DNA of 64,000 nt from a virus, in the IMG/VR virus record IMGVR_UViG_3300022744_000003, positions 1 to 64,000 of that record; one strand, written 5' to 3'. Positions 18,801-26,739 of this stretch are shown piece after piece. The stretch's first letter is position 1, and each line of letters begins with the position of its first letter. The notes beneath the pieces were generated by a model. That model did not search any database and was not told the DNA's origin. It saw nothing but the letters and a program-made list of their open reading frames with translations. The position numbers and the translations under genes were made by a program.

Positions 18801-20064
18801 GGAGAGCACCAAGCCCGGCGCGAAGTTCGAGCAGATCGCCGCCCTGGCCAAGCAGGCCCAGGGGCTGCTCGGGGTGGACCAGCAGTTCGCCTCGGTCGGC
18901 CTGGGTCGCGTGGGACGCCTGCAGGCCGCGCAGGAGAAGTACACGACCGTCATGGGCGAGCCGGCCACCGACGAGTCGATCCCGCGCCAGGAGGCCGCCA
19001 AGCGTGCGCTGGAGTCGGAGAAGGCGAACTACCAGCAGTACCTGATGAGCATGGTCCAGGCGCAGAAGAACTTCGCCATCTCGATGGAGCGTTCGGACGA
19101 GGACTACTACCGCACCCGTAGCCAGTCGCAGGAGGACTTCCAGACCTCCATGGCCCGCTCGACCGAGGACTTCAACAAGTCCATGGCGCGCGCGCAGGAG
19201 GACTTCACCCAGGCCCAGAAGCGCCAGGGCGAGGACGCGGCCAAGAGCATCTACAACCCCTTCCGCCGCGTCCAGGCCTCCTACACCGCCGACGTCGGCA
19301 CGCTCAAGCAGAACCTCAAGGACCAGACCGGGCGGATCAAGAAGCAGATCGCGAACCTGCGCAAGCTCAAGCGCCTGGGCCTGAGCCAGCAGGCGATCGA
19401 CATGCTCGACCTGGCGAACCCGGCCAACGCCCAGCAGGTCGAGGAGCTCGCGGCCGAGATGAGCCGCAACGACGCCCGCCAGATCAACGGCATGGTGGGT
19501 GCGCGCCAGAGCGCCACGCTGGGGCTCACCCAGAGTGACCTGAGCCAGCAGTACCGCCGGGCGAACGAGGACTTCCGCAAGCAGATGAACCGGGCCTCGT
19601 CGGACTTCTCCACGTCGATCTCGCGCGCCACCGCGGACTTCAACAAGGGCCTGGGACGGATGGCCGCGGCGCACGCGCTGCAGACCAAGCGGGCCAAGGA
19701 GGACCTGGACCGCATGAGCGAGGAGCAGGCGGCCTCCTTCGGCGTCCTGTTCGACAAGGCCGTCACGCTGGTCACCAAGAACATCGGCAAGGCCGGCAAC
19801 GCCACCATCGAGGAGCTCAAGCGGGTCAAGGCCGCCTTCCCCGAACTCTTCGGCGAGGTCGCCAAGGTGGGCGACACCTCGCGGGTCATCTACGGCTCGA
19901 ACACCCCCCGTACGCCGTCGAGCTCGACCGGCGGCGGGGCGAACGCCTACCAGCAGAACAACGTCAACATCGGATCGGTCGCAGTCGCGGCGAGCGACCC
20001 GGTCGACTTCACCCAGCGGATGGCCGACCAGAGGCGCCTGCAGCGCCTCAAGGGATCGGGCTGA
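15892..20064 (+). CDS. tape measure protein
   Basis: 1390 aa, Ala/Gly-rich and helical. Follows the chaperones. GTGAGTGA overlap start. The long antisense ORF 15604..19674 is a shadow ORF. Confidence 0.85.
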   Translation: MSEETRDANVRLTADVQPYRQDVAAAADDTTKLAAAVDVLASKLDGLGKRTGKKLTLFAAADLAMMGGMVAVTANYEKQLGTLSGQAAVTGKNIGALSTSIRQASRDMPVARDEVVALTTAISKMGVTSQKDLASFTTTFLKASAATGDSAQGLASSMTSLSRQMGTLGGGGSQMRAFTDSLVKVSATAGVSAQSVADFANSIAPFARVAGIGQKQVLGLSSAFVQAGNDGFAAANTFNTMLADIVRQTSSGGPGLAKYASLVGVTVDEFKKLDSSQQVVKIFKAINDAGPQAVQVLDQMGFDGIRAAKAIQTMAAQSGGLEKLVNAAVGGYGDDSTNKGAEAAMSGFADEMIRAGNIAKDMATSIGSGIITPLTYGLGVLNNITAEASKLTGIFAAGGALAAAGGLASGAAGGIMQVASMAAVPAGIRWLYNSSPLGAFREGRRAAAAAKNGMSIPDGPYIDRYTGGRAGRLEGMGFASGAAVGDIWGGNNGGRGIVQKASSALGFLPRMVAVGANFQSEFYDESRQQGYQRGNQTSLWSGIRAAASSTDSFTRSTLKATAALAKFEWSAAKAGVSAGGAVAGRALGKLGGAAMDFLGGPIGIAAMAGIAAIQVKSMNDEQLTALRDRAKDPNAYNQASPYAAALGTASSSLSDMTLMVGKSSKELDSLAAAAANARNGIIAGGATNPNTASITNKDQAVSYLRSLGANSSPETMNLAFADVRRALPGQAGKDAIDAYMRNPTSTVTLGDISNAAGNIGNSDVSGIGERLGFTLSGDADRKTQMGLGAALQYVSQYSKFGDANVQEQAKVNAAVTMLDAALKGGTANDDPATRKARVAAVAQVEQLLGVDFKYNAANGYGSAAELLGAQDADSTFGNYRTNNPNLVFSGGQAGQTALYRLAVTNTDPGVLGLRGRGVDLQSGYLGDAVTRIGDSTVQNKAVLELYKMAKEKGGGSIAKADSVLQGILAEESTKPGAKFEQIAALAKQAQGLLGVDQQFASVGLGRVGRLQAAQEKYTTVMGEPATDESIPRQEAAKRALESEKANYQQYLMSMVQAQKNFAISMERSDEDYYRTRSQSQEDFQTSMARSTEDFNKSMARAQEDFTQAQKRQGEDAAKSIYNPFRRVQASYTADVGTLKQNLKDQTGRIKKQIANLRKLKRLGLSQQAIDMLDLANPANAQQVEELAAEMSRNDARQINGMVGARQSATLGLTQSDLSQQYRRANEDFRKQMNRASSDFSTSISRATADFNKGLGRMAAAHALQTKRAKEDLDRMSEEQAASFGVLFDKAVTLVTKNIGKAGNATIEELKRVKAAFPELFGEVAKVGDTSRVIYGSNTPRTPSSSTGGGANAYQQNNVNIGSVAVAASDPVDFTQRMADQRRLQRLKGSG

Positions 20065-20083
20065 CCGGATCCGGGCATGGCAA

Positions 20084-20113
20084 AGCCCCGGCCCCCCGAA
20101 GGGGACCGGGGCT
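20084..20113. terminator. bidirectional hairpin between convergent tape measure gene and the - strand operon
   Basis: AGCCCCGGCCCC..GAA..GGGGACCGGGGCT between stops at 20064 (+) and 20119 (-). Confidence 0.6.
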
Positions 20114-20118
20114 CTGTG

Positions 20119-20427
20119 TCAGGGGTTGGGGGTGATCTCTTCGCCGATCTCGGTCTCGTGGACCATGTGGCCGAACGGGCCGATCTTCCCGTAGACGACC
20201 TCGTCGTCCAGCGGGAGCCCGGTCATCCCGGCCCGCATCGCGTAGTGCGATGCGGCCCAGTTGCCGTCCATGTCCATCCAGGACCTGCCGTCACCGCGCT
20301 CCATGGTGTCGACCCAGTCCTCGAGGACGAACTCCGTGCCGGCCACCACCTGGCCCTGGACGGGGTCCTGGGCGTTGACCAGCCGGACGGTCCTACCCGC
20401 CAGCGGGTGGCTGGATGAGTGCGCCAC
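20119..20427 (-). CDS. hypothetical protein (102 aa)
   Basis: ORF track entry with high GC3. Ends GKIGPFGHMVHETEIGEEITPNP. Last gene of the - operon. Confidence 0.55.
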   Translation of the reverse strand: MAHSSSHPLAGRTVRLVNAQDPVQGQVVAGTEFVLEDWVDTMERGDGRSWMDMDGNWAASHYAMRAGMTGLPLDDEVVYGKIGPFGHMVHETEIGEEITPNP

Positions 20428-20656
20428 TGAGTGCTCCCTCCACGTCCGGGGTGACCATGTAGCCGTCCGTGGACAGGCTCTCCGCGATGCGCCGGAGCGC
20501 GATCGTCGCGTCCTCGTTCGGCATGTTGGTGTTCAGGACGACCGGGATCGCCCCGTGCTCGCCGACGTCCACCTTCTCGCCGAAGCGGATCAGGATGTAG
20601 TCGCCGTCGATGAACGCGTCGAGGAGGCGCTGGACGGCCTCGGTGCTCGCGCTCAC
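20393..20656 (-). CDS. hypothetical protein (87 aa)
   Basis: GTG 20656 overlaps the upstream TGA (GTGA). Sensible tail (VSASTEAVQRLLDAFIDGDYILIRFGEK...) of ORF 20393..21457. Confidence 0.5.
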   Translation of the reverse strand: MSASTEAVQRLLDAFIDGDYILIRFGEKVDVGEHGAIPVVLNTNMPNEDATIALRRIAESLSTDGYMVTPDVEGALSGALIQPPAGG

Positions 20657-21216
20657 GACTCCAGCTCCTTCGGCTCCTCGATCGAGGCCGTGAACAGGCT
20701 CGCGGCCGGCGGGATGGCGTTCAGGACGTCGAGCGCCTCCTGGCTCCCGATACCCTTGACCAGCACGGTGCGCTTGGCCTCGAGCTCGGCGGCGTTGAGG
20801 TCCTCGTGCGCCTTGTCGTAGGCCTTCTTGGCCTCGTCGCGGCGCCCCTGGAGCCAGGCGTCCTTCTCCCGGTAGTAGACCTGGGCGTTGGGCATCGTCA
20901 GGCCGTTGTAGAGGCGGGTGTCGTCCTCGCGCTCGACCCCGATGCCGATCTTGTCGGTGCGCTGCTCCTCGAGGAACTCCTGCCACAGCGCGTCGAGCGT
21001 CTCGAACCTGGTCCTGAGGGCGAGCCGGACCCGGTCGAGCTCGGCGTCGGGGAAGAGCTCGTCCGCCTCGGCGACCAGCGCCTCGTCGTGCTCCCGGTAG
21101 GCGGTGTTCAGCGCGAGCCGGGCGCGGGCGTAGTCGTTCCTGATCAGCGCCTCGAGGTTGCTCTGCTCGCTCTTGGTGAGCGCCTTGGCGGGCGCGCGGT
21201 TCATCATCTCGGTCAC
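20653..21216 (-). CDS. hypothetical helical protein (187 aa)
   Basis: ORF track entry. GTG 21216 overlaps the TGA of the +1 frame of the upstream gene. Confidence 0.65.
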   Translation of the reverse strand: MTEMMNRAPAKALTKSEQSNLEALIRNDYARARLALNTAYREHDEALVAEADELFPDAELDRVRLALRTRFETLDALWQEFLEEQRTDKIGIGVEREDDTRLYNGLTMPNAQVYYREKDAWLQGRRDEAKKAYDKAHEDLNAAELEAKRTVLVKGIGSQEALDVLNAIPPAASLFTASIEEPKELES

Positions 21217-21546
21217 GAATCTTCTCCTTGATCAGCCAGGCAGGTGGGCCAGGCGTCTTCGGGGATGAGGTCGAGGATCTTCCCGGCCTCGTGGGACACC
21301 AGGTGGCGGAACTGGTTCTTGTCCGCCGTCTCCTGGCGCATCGTCTTGCTGGTGGTGTTCGGGTAGGGCAGGGGGGGTGGTCATCTGGACCCACCGCTCG
21401 TACGTGTGCACGCGGCAGTCGCACTTCGCCGTGAGGTCGAGGCGCTCGTCCCGCCACTGCTTCCAGGAAACAGCGGCGGGACGAGCAAGGATCCCAGCGA
21501 GGAAGTCGGCCGCCGTGGGCTCGTGCTCCACGGCGGCCTCGCTCAT
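21213..21546 (-). CDS. early protein needing a +1 frame change at a C7 run (about 110 aa if fused)
   Basis: The 0 frame (ORF 21232..21546) becomes Pro/Arg-rich after MTT. The +1 frame from 21371 has high GC3 and ends in a GTGA-coupled stop at 21213. Confidence 0.5.
21369..21377 (-). other. candidate +1 frameshift site CCC_CCU_G (or homopolymer indel)
   Basis: mRNA reads ACC ACC CCC CCU GCC. The plus strand has G7 at 21371..21377. Confidence 0.4.
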
Positions 21547-21809
21547 GCTGCGGCCCTCTCCTTCTCGATGGCGGCCATGACCTCCGCGATCTCCTCGGGG
21601 AGGAGGTCGAACCAGACCTTGAGCCCGTTGACGAGCTCGGGGTCGTCCCAGGTCCAGCCCATGCCCAGGAGGTCGTCGATCGCCCGGTAGCAGCGGCGGC
21701 AGACGATCCCGCCCTCGCTACCCTTCGCGCTGGCCTCGCAGCATTCGGTCAGCGGGTAGACCATCTTGTCCTGGACCGCGAAGGTGAAGTCGCCGACCTC
21801 GATCTTCAC
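21543..21809 (-). CDS. small Cys-rich (zinc-ribbon-like) protein (88 aa)
   Basis: GTGA overlap start. Translates as VKIEVGDFTFAVQDKMVYPLTECCEAS...IVCRRCY. Tail of ORF 21543..23024. Confidence 0.55.
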   Translation of the reverse strand: MKIEVGDFTFAVQDKMVYPLTECCEASAKGSEGGIVCRRCYRAIDDLLGMGWTWDDPELVNGLKVWFDLLPEEIAEVMAAIEKERAAA

Positions 21810-23275
21810 TGGACCTCGGCGACCGCGGCCGCCGCCTCCGAGCGCACCAGCTCGCGGTACGTCTGCTCGAAGGTGGCCTTGTCCTCGCGGCCCGAGGAGG
21901 CCATGTAGGCCTCCCAGTCCGGGCGGTAGGCCGCCACGGCGTCGAGCAGGTCGGCCGTGGTCAGGTGGGGCTCCGGGTGGGCCAGGGCGATGCTCTTGGC
22001 GAACTCCTGGACCTTGCGGATGTACGAGTTGCCCCAGCCGTCCAGCGCGCGGGTGACCTTGGCGTAGTTCAGGGTCTCGTAGTCGTCCTTGTCGTAGGTG
22101 GCCGACAGGACCGCGTCGCCCTCGATGCTCTCCCCGGCGTCCGGCGCCGCGGTGTCCATGAGCTGCAGGCGCAGGAGGCTCTCGACGCCCTGGGTGTCCA
22201 GCGGGCCGAAGTAGATCTCCTTGAAGAAGCGCCGGCGGGCCGCCTGGTGGACGTTGAGGTCCTCCAGGAAGTTCGTCGTCGCGATGAGCAGGACCTCCGA
22301 GCCCTTGCTCGTGGCGCCGTCGAGCTCCTCGAGCAGGTCCGTGCGGTCCTGCTGGCTGGCGTCGTTGATGAGGCGCTCGAAGTCCTCGACCGCGACGACG
22401 TGGCGGCCCTGCCTGCGGCCGTAGCGCAGCGTGCGGATCACGTCGCGCAGCGAGCCGTTGCACTGGATGAACGACCAGCCGTTCTCCAGGGCCTCCTGCG
22501 CGACGATGTTCATCGTCTCGGTCTTGCCGTTGCCGGGCTCGCCGTACCACAGGACCGGGCGGTGCAGGTCGATGCCCCGGTCCTTGGCGCGCTCGGTGTG
22601 GCGGATGATGTTGATGACCGACCCGAACAGCGCCGCGCGCGTCTCGGCCGACCACACGATGGCGTGGCGGTCCGTGACGTACGGGTTGAGGAACCGCGGG
22701 GTGTCGTCCGCGGTGATCGCCTTGCCCCGGTAGATCGAGTGGGCCATGAGCTCGGCCGCGATCTCCATGTTCAGGGCGCGGGCGGCGTCCTCGTAGAGCT
22801 TGGGGAGCTGGATCTCGGTGAAGCCCACCAGGCCGTTGCCGTCCTCGTGGTCCATCTGGCCGATCTCCAGCGAGCCCTTGATCGCCGGGATCGAGATGAC
22901 GCCCCAGGGGACGTAGGTGACCTTGTCGTAGTCCACCTGGACCTCGATCGAGCCGCCGGAGCGGGTCGGGGTGATGCCGAACCGGCGCGCGAGCACGCGG
23001 GCCACGGCGTTCGCGACGTCCCACGGCTTGTAGCCGTAGTCCTCCTTGCGGACCGTCACGATGGTCTTCTTGGCCGAGAAGTGCGCCGAGAGCACGTCCA
23101 GGGCGACCGCATCGCTCATGCCCTCGGGCAGGACGATCTGGACGCCGGGGGCGTAGGCGACCGGGTCGGCGTAGTCGCCGGCCGAGCCCTGCTTGCCGAT
23201 CGAGACCAGCTCGTCGACGATGCTCGCGAAGTGCGCTGCCTTGTTCTGGGTGTAGAGGTCACTCATCTTGTTCAC
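21806..23275 (-). CDS. AAA+ ATPase with about 230-aa N-terminal domain of unknown function
   Basis: Walker A is GEPGNGKT. Walker B is HVVAVEDFE. Sensor-like LLIATTN. 489 aa. GTGA overlap start. Confidence 0.8.
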   Translation of the reverse strand: MNKMSDLYTQNKAAHFASIVDELVSIGKQGSAGDYADPVAYAPGVQIVLPEGMSDAVALDVLSAHFSAKKTIVTVRKEDYGYKPWDVANAVARVLARRFGITPTRSGGSIEVQVDYDKVTYVPWGVISIPAIKGSLEIGQMDHEDGNGLVGFTEIQLPKLYEDAARALNMEIAAELMAHSIYRGKAITADDTPRFLNPYVTDRHAIVWSAETRAALFGSVINIIRHTERAKDRGIDLHRPVLWYGEPGNGKTETMNIVAQEALENGWSFIQCNGSLRDVIRTLRYGRRQGRHVVAVEDFERLINDASQQDRTDLLEELDGATSKGSEVLLIATTNFLEDLNVHQAARRRFFKEIYFGPLDTQGVESLLRLQLMDTAAPDAGESIEGDAVLSATYDKDDYETLNYAKVTRALDGWGNSYIRKVQEFAKSIALAHPEPHLTTADLLDAVAAYRPDWEAYMASSGREDKATFEQTYRELVRSEAAAAVAEVQ

Positions 23276-23697
23276 GCTCCGATGGACTCGTTGTAGGTGG
23301 GGGCGGTGCTGTTGATGTCGGCCGGCATGAGCCGGTAGGCGAAGTCCCGGCAGACGATGCAGCCGGGACCCTTCTCCTCGTCGAGCTCCTCGTCGTGGAA
23401 CTCGAAGAGCATCTTCACGTCCTCGTCGAAGAAGACGATCGGGATGATGCTGAGCTCGAAGTACCGCATCATCAGGTGCGGGACGCGCCTGTCCTGGATG
23501 CTGCTGGTGGTGTCCTCGAACTCGATGTGCAGCATCGAGGGCCCGCAGAAGTGGACCTCGGCCGCGTTCCAGTCGCCCAGGCCGGTCTCGATCGCCTCGA
23601 GGTGCTCGGTGTGGAAGACCTTGTACTTGTCGATCACCTGCTGCATCTGCAGCCGGGTCAGGCCGGCGTCGAAGCCGACGTGGAAGTGCGTGCTCAC
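23272..23697 (-). CDS. hypothetical protein (141 aa)
   Basis: GTGA overlap start. Sensible tail (VSTHFHVGFDAGLTRLQMQQVIDKYK...) of ORF 23272..23916. Confidence 0.5.
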   Translation of the reverse strand: MSTHFHVGFDAGLTRLQMQQVIDKYKVFHTEHLEAIETGLGDWNAAEVHFCGPSMLHIEFEDTTSSIQDRRVPHLMMRYFELSIIPIVFFDEDVKMLFEFHDEELDEEKGPGCIVCRDFAYRLMPADINSTAPTYNESIGA

Positions 23698-23939
23698 TCG
23701 TCTTGTCCCTTCACACTGGTCAGTGGCCTGAGCGCCGCCGGTTCCATGACGGGGTGCGGCGGGTCGTCCAGGTCGATGAACACGAGCTTCACGTTGAGGG
23801 TCCGAGCGCCGATGTAGCCCTGCGGATGCCTCGCGGTGTCGTACCCGATCTCCGCGACGGCGAGCTCGGAGCCTTCGGGGACCTTGACCGTGAGTCCCGG
23901 CCAGTCCCCCTCCCACTTGAGCTCGTAGTCGCGGCTCAC
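23694..23939 (-). CDS. hypothetical protein (81 aa)
   Basis: ORF track entry. GTGA overlap at both ends. Confidence 0.55.
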   Translation of the reverse strand: MSRDYELKWEGDWPGLTVKVPEGSELAVAEIGYDTARHPQGYIGARTLNVKLVFIDLDDPPHPVMEPAALRPLTSVKGQDE

Positions 23940-24166
23940 GCGGGGGATCCCGCGCTGGTGCTCAGCCGCTCGACCTCGGCCTTGGCCTCGTCGAGCGTGC
24001 TGAAGTTCCCCTCGAGCAGCTCTCCTGTGGTGATCTCGAAGACCCGCCAGCCCGCGTAGGCGGGCGAGTTCTCCATCACCGGGAGCAGGGCGAACCGCAG
24101 ATCCTCGGAGAGGTGGACTGCGAACCCGCTCGCTGCGTCCCAGATGCGGCGGAACCTGACCTTCAT
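23936..24166 (-). CDS. hypothetical protein (76 aa)
   Basis: ATGA overlap start. Translates as MKVRFRRIWDAASGFAVHLSEDL... Tail of ORF 23936..24454. Confidence 0.5.
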   Translation of the reverse strand: MKVRFRRIWDAASGFAVHLSEDLRFALLPVMENSPAYAGWRVFEITTGELLEGNFSTLDEAKAEVERLSTSAGSPA

Positions 24167-24696
24167 CCGGTGCCTCCCTGCTGCCACTTCTTGGTCACGA
24201 AGGTGTTCCAGCGGTCCGCGCACTGCATGTAGGCCGGGACGTCGATGTGAACGAGGTTCTCCATCAGCCACTCGGCCTTGCGCGCGGACTCGAACGCCTC
24301 CGGGGTGATCTCGACGATGGTCGAGAGGTGGACGTCGCCGAGCTCGCCGGTGGGCATCCACGCGGAGAAGGTCTCCGCGAAGGCGAACCCGCGCGAGCGG
24401 AGGTCGGCGTACGACTCGATCTGGTCCTCGACGGGGCCGTCCTCGGGGTCCCACCTGGCGCGGGTCTCCGCGGCGAGCTCGTCGAGCGACTTGACCTTCC
24501 CGAACAGCGAGAGCTCCTCGCCGGCCATGTACCGGAAGAAGCAGAACGCCCGACCGTCGAGGAGTGCTCGCTGGTCGGGCGTGAGGGCCGCGAGTGCGGC
24601 CTCCTGGTTCTTCCTCTCGAACTCGGCCAGGTCCTCGAAGGACCCTGTGGCGATGTAGTCGCCGTCGCCGAGCTGCGTTACCTCTACCTCACTCAT
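24163..24696 (-). CDS. hypothetical acidic protein (177 aa)
   Basis: ORF track entry with high GC3. Confidence 0.6.
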   Translation of the reverse strand: MSEVEVTQLGDGDYIATGSFEDLAEFERKNQEAALAALTPDQRALLDGRAFCFFRYMAGEELSLFGKVKSLDELAAETRARWDPEDGPVEDQIESYADLRSRGFAFAETFSAWMPTGELGDVHLSTIVEITPEAFESARKAEWLMENLVHIDVPAYMQCADRWNTFVTKKWQQGGTG

Positions 24697-24862
24697 GCTT
24701 CTCCACTTCGATGATGAGCTGCGAGGCGGGGATGAACATGAGGAGGTCGTACCGCGCCACCCACGACACGCAGACCAGGGGGTCTGCGCGCCACTTCGTG
24801 GACAGCGCGGCCGTCTCCTCCTCGTTCACCAGCGCTTCGAGCCCGTTGTAGGTGAGCCTCAT
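24689..24862 (-). CDS. hypothetical small protein (57 aa)
   Basis: Hand-translated as MRLTYNGLEALVNEEETAALSTKWRADPLVCVSW... Starts 2 nt after the upstream TAG and overlaps the next gene by 8 nt. Confidence 0.4.
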   Translation of the reverse strand: MRLTYNGLEALVNEEETAALSTKWRADPLVCVSWVARYDLLMFIPASQLIIEVEKHE

Positions 24863-24864
24863 GG

Positions 24865-25152
24865 CTACACCGAGATGACCGCTGCCAGCCTCGTCATGAA
24901 GTCGACGAGGGGGTAGGACAGGGCCGGGGACACCCAGGGGACGAACGCGAGCACCATCGCAGCCGCCGCCAGGATGTAGGCGGCGACGTTGCGGGCGAAC
25001 GCGTCCATCTCGGTGACCGGCTCGCCGCCCTCCTGCCCGGTGAGGGCCAGCGGGCTCGCTGCCGGTACCGGGAGCGCCTTCATGTAGGTCGCCAACTGCT
25101 CGGTGATCCAGTCGATCAGACCTGCGAGGGCGTTGCGGATGGAAGCGAGCAT
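24865..25152 (-). CDS. membrane protein (95 aa)
   Basis: AGGAGGAGAAC RBS. Hydrophobic segment AAYILAAAAMVLAFVPWV. Confidence 0.6.
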   Translation of the reverse strand: MLASIRNALAGLIDWITEQLATYMKALPVPAASPLALTGQEGGEPVTEMDAFARNVAAYILAAAAMVLAFVPWVSPALSYPLVDFMTRLAAVISV

Positions 25153-25161
25153 GTTCTCCTC

Positions 25162-25512
25162 CTAGGAGCCGGTGTTCTGGTCGCGGACGACCGTGAACGT
25201 GATGGTGGTGCCGTTGCCGATCAGGCCCTGCATGATGCGCAGCGCCTCCTCGGGGTCGAGCGGGACGATGAGGTCCGTCGCCGGCGCCTCCTCGCCCGAT
25301 CCGAGGATCAGGCCCATGGTCAGTACCATGAGCAGCAGCTCGTCGAACTGCTCGTCCGTGAACGTGTACGTCCCGAACTCGGCGTCGAACTGCTCCCCGA
25401 GCGCGGCCTTGTAGGCGGCGAGCTCGGGGACGATCTCGGCGAGGGCCTCGGCGGTGAGGCCCCGCATCTGCTCGATCGCGCTCTCGAAGAGGCGCGCGTT
25501 CTCGTCACTCAT
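25162..25512 (-). CDS. hypothetical acidic protein (116 aa)
   Basis: ORF track entry. ATG lies directly after the upstream TAG. Confidence 0.6.
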   Translation of the reverse strand: MSDENARLFESAIEQMRGLTAEALAEIVPELAAYKAALGEQFDAEFGTYTFTDEQFDELLLMVLTMGLILGSGEEAPATDLIVPLDPEEALRIMQGLIGNGTTITFTVVRDQNTGS

Positions 25513-25953
25513 CTAGTTCTCCTTCACGGGGATCGGTGGTGCGAGGTGGTCACTGGTGTGCCACCACTTGGGGTCTCGCTCGGTGAACGTCCAGCCGCTC
25601 TCCTCGAGGATGTCGTAGACGTTGTCGGAGTCCTCGAGGAACAGGTCGACGTAGTTGGCCAGGCCCCGGGTGTTCCGGACCCCGGCGGTGCCCGACGTGA
25701 GCGCGGAGAGCAGGTCCTGGAAGAACAGGTACCACTGCTCCGCTCCCTTGTCGTCGGTCACCTTCCACAGCGCCGAGGCCTGGCCGTACACCTGGGTGGT
25801 GAACAGCCAGCGGACGCGGAAGGCCTCCGCGTCGTAGGGGTAAGCCTCGGTCATCTTCTCGACCCACGTCCGGTCGTTGGAGTAGATCGTGACCTGGGGC
25901 TTCTTGGGGCCGGGCTGCTCCTCGGCAGTCCCGATCATCAGCTCGTCGGCCAT
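25513..25953 (-). CDS. hypothetical protein (146 aa)
   Basis: ORF track entry. TGATG overlap start. Confidence 0.6.
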   Translation of the reverse strand: MADELMIGTAEEQPGPKKPQVTIYSNDRTWVEKMTEAYPYDAEAFRVRWLFTTQVYGQASALWKVTDDKGAEQWYLFFQDLLSALTSGTAGVRNTRGLANYVDLFLEDSDNVYDILEESGWTFTERDPKWWHTSDHLAPPIPVKEN

Positions 25954-26066
25954 CAGTCCTCCTCGGGCTCGTGCTCGAAGCAGTAGCCGGCCTGCTCGCC
26001 GTCCCGCTGAGGATCCGGATGCCAGACCTCAGCGGGACGGTCGCAGACACAGCAGGCGATGCTCAC
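25953..26066 (-). CDS. small Cys-rich protein (37 aa)
   Basis: GTGA overlap start. Translates as VSIACCVCDRPAEVWHPDPQRDGEQAGYCFEHEPEED. Confidence 0.4.
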   Translation of the reverse strand: MSIACCVCDRPAEVWHPDPQRDGEQAGYCFEHEPEED

Positions 26067-26593
26067 ACCGCCACCGGGGCGAAGCCGCCGGCCGGACGGG
26101 CCGGGCGGCGCTTGCGCTGCTTCGGGGTGGGACGGCCCTTGACCTGGCTGGCCGGGACGCTCTCCACGACGACCTCGACCGTCTCCTTCGCGGCCCTGCG
26201 CTCCTCGAGGATCATCGTGCCGGCGTGGATGGTGTCGGCAGACCAGTGGGTGAGGATGTTGAGCCCGGTCTGCAGGGCGTTCTTGGTGACGCTCCAGCCG
26301 AAGAGGAACAGGAACGGCAGGCAGATCGCGATGGTGACCAGGGCGAGCGCCTTGGACAGCAGGGTGCTGACGACGTCGATCGACCAGACCACCACCGAGG
26401 CGGCCATGTAGAGCGTGACCACCAGGCCGGTGCCCACGCCGACGAAGACCCAGCCGACCGCCTTGAGGGTGAAGCGGATCGGCGGGTGGATGACCTTGTC
26501 CCACGTCCAGGCGGCAGCGGTGCCGACCCAGTGGGCGACCTTGCTGATGACCTTGCGGACGGAGTTCGCGAACTCCGAGAGCATCTTGCGCAT
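26063..26593 (-). CDS. multi-pass membrane protein with basic C-terminal tail
   Basis: GGAGG RBS. 176 aa with 3 to 4 hydrophobic helices. Ends KQRKRRPARPAGG. Confidence 0.65.
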   Translation of the reverse strand: MRKMLSEFANSVRKVISKVAHWVGTAAAWTWDKVIHPPIRFTLKAVGWVFVGVGTGLVVTLYMAASVVVWSIDVVSTLLSKALALVTIAICLPFLFLFGWSVTKNALQTGLNILTHWSADTIHAGTMILEERRAAKETVEVVVESVPASQVKGRPTPKQRKRRPARPAGGFAPVAV

Positions 26594-26625
26594 GACGTTC
26601 CTCCACGGTTCGGTAACACGAAGAA

Positions 26626-26652
26626 GCCCCGGCCGGCGGTTCCGGTCGGGGC
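26626..26652 (-). terminator. GC hairpin with U-rich tail on the - strand (terminator/attenuator)
   Basis: - strand reads GCCCCGACCGGAACCGCCGGCCGGGGC followed by TTCTTCGTGTT. A second 11-bp stem lies at 26656..26699. Confidence 0.5.
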
Positions 26653-26706
26653 AGCGAGGTGGGGGATCGGTGACGGGGGATGCACGTCTCCCCCACCTCG
26701 GGGTCT

Positions 26707-26739
26707 ATCTTACCCGACCTTCAGATCAAAGGTCAAGAC
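26707..26739 (-). promoter_or_regulatory. conserved intergenic motif with sigma70-like TTGACC-18-TAAGAT
   Basis: - strand reads GTCTTGACCTTTGATCTGAAGGT. Shares 20 of about 23 nt with the site at 29526..29549. The -35 element overlaps the stop of 26733..27635. Confidence 0.45.

Noticed and set aside
15604-19674. 1356-aa ORF antisense to the tape measure gene. Similar shadow ORFs lie at 9454..11715, 40402..43098, 56967..58973, 58976..61051, 62349..63992, 5625..7253 and 7562..9202.
   Set aside because: All are mirror ORFs of clearly coding genes. Their products are dominated by Arg/Gly/Asp/Val/His runs, and they lack RBS or coupling signals.
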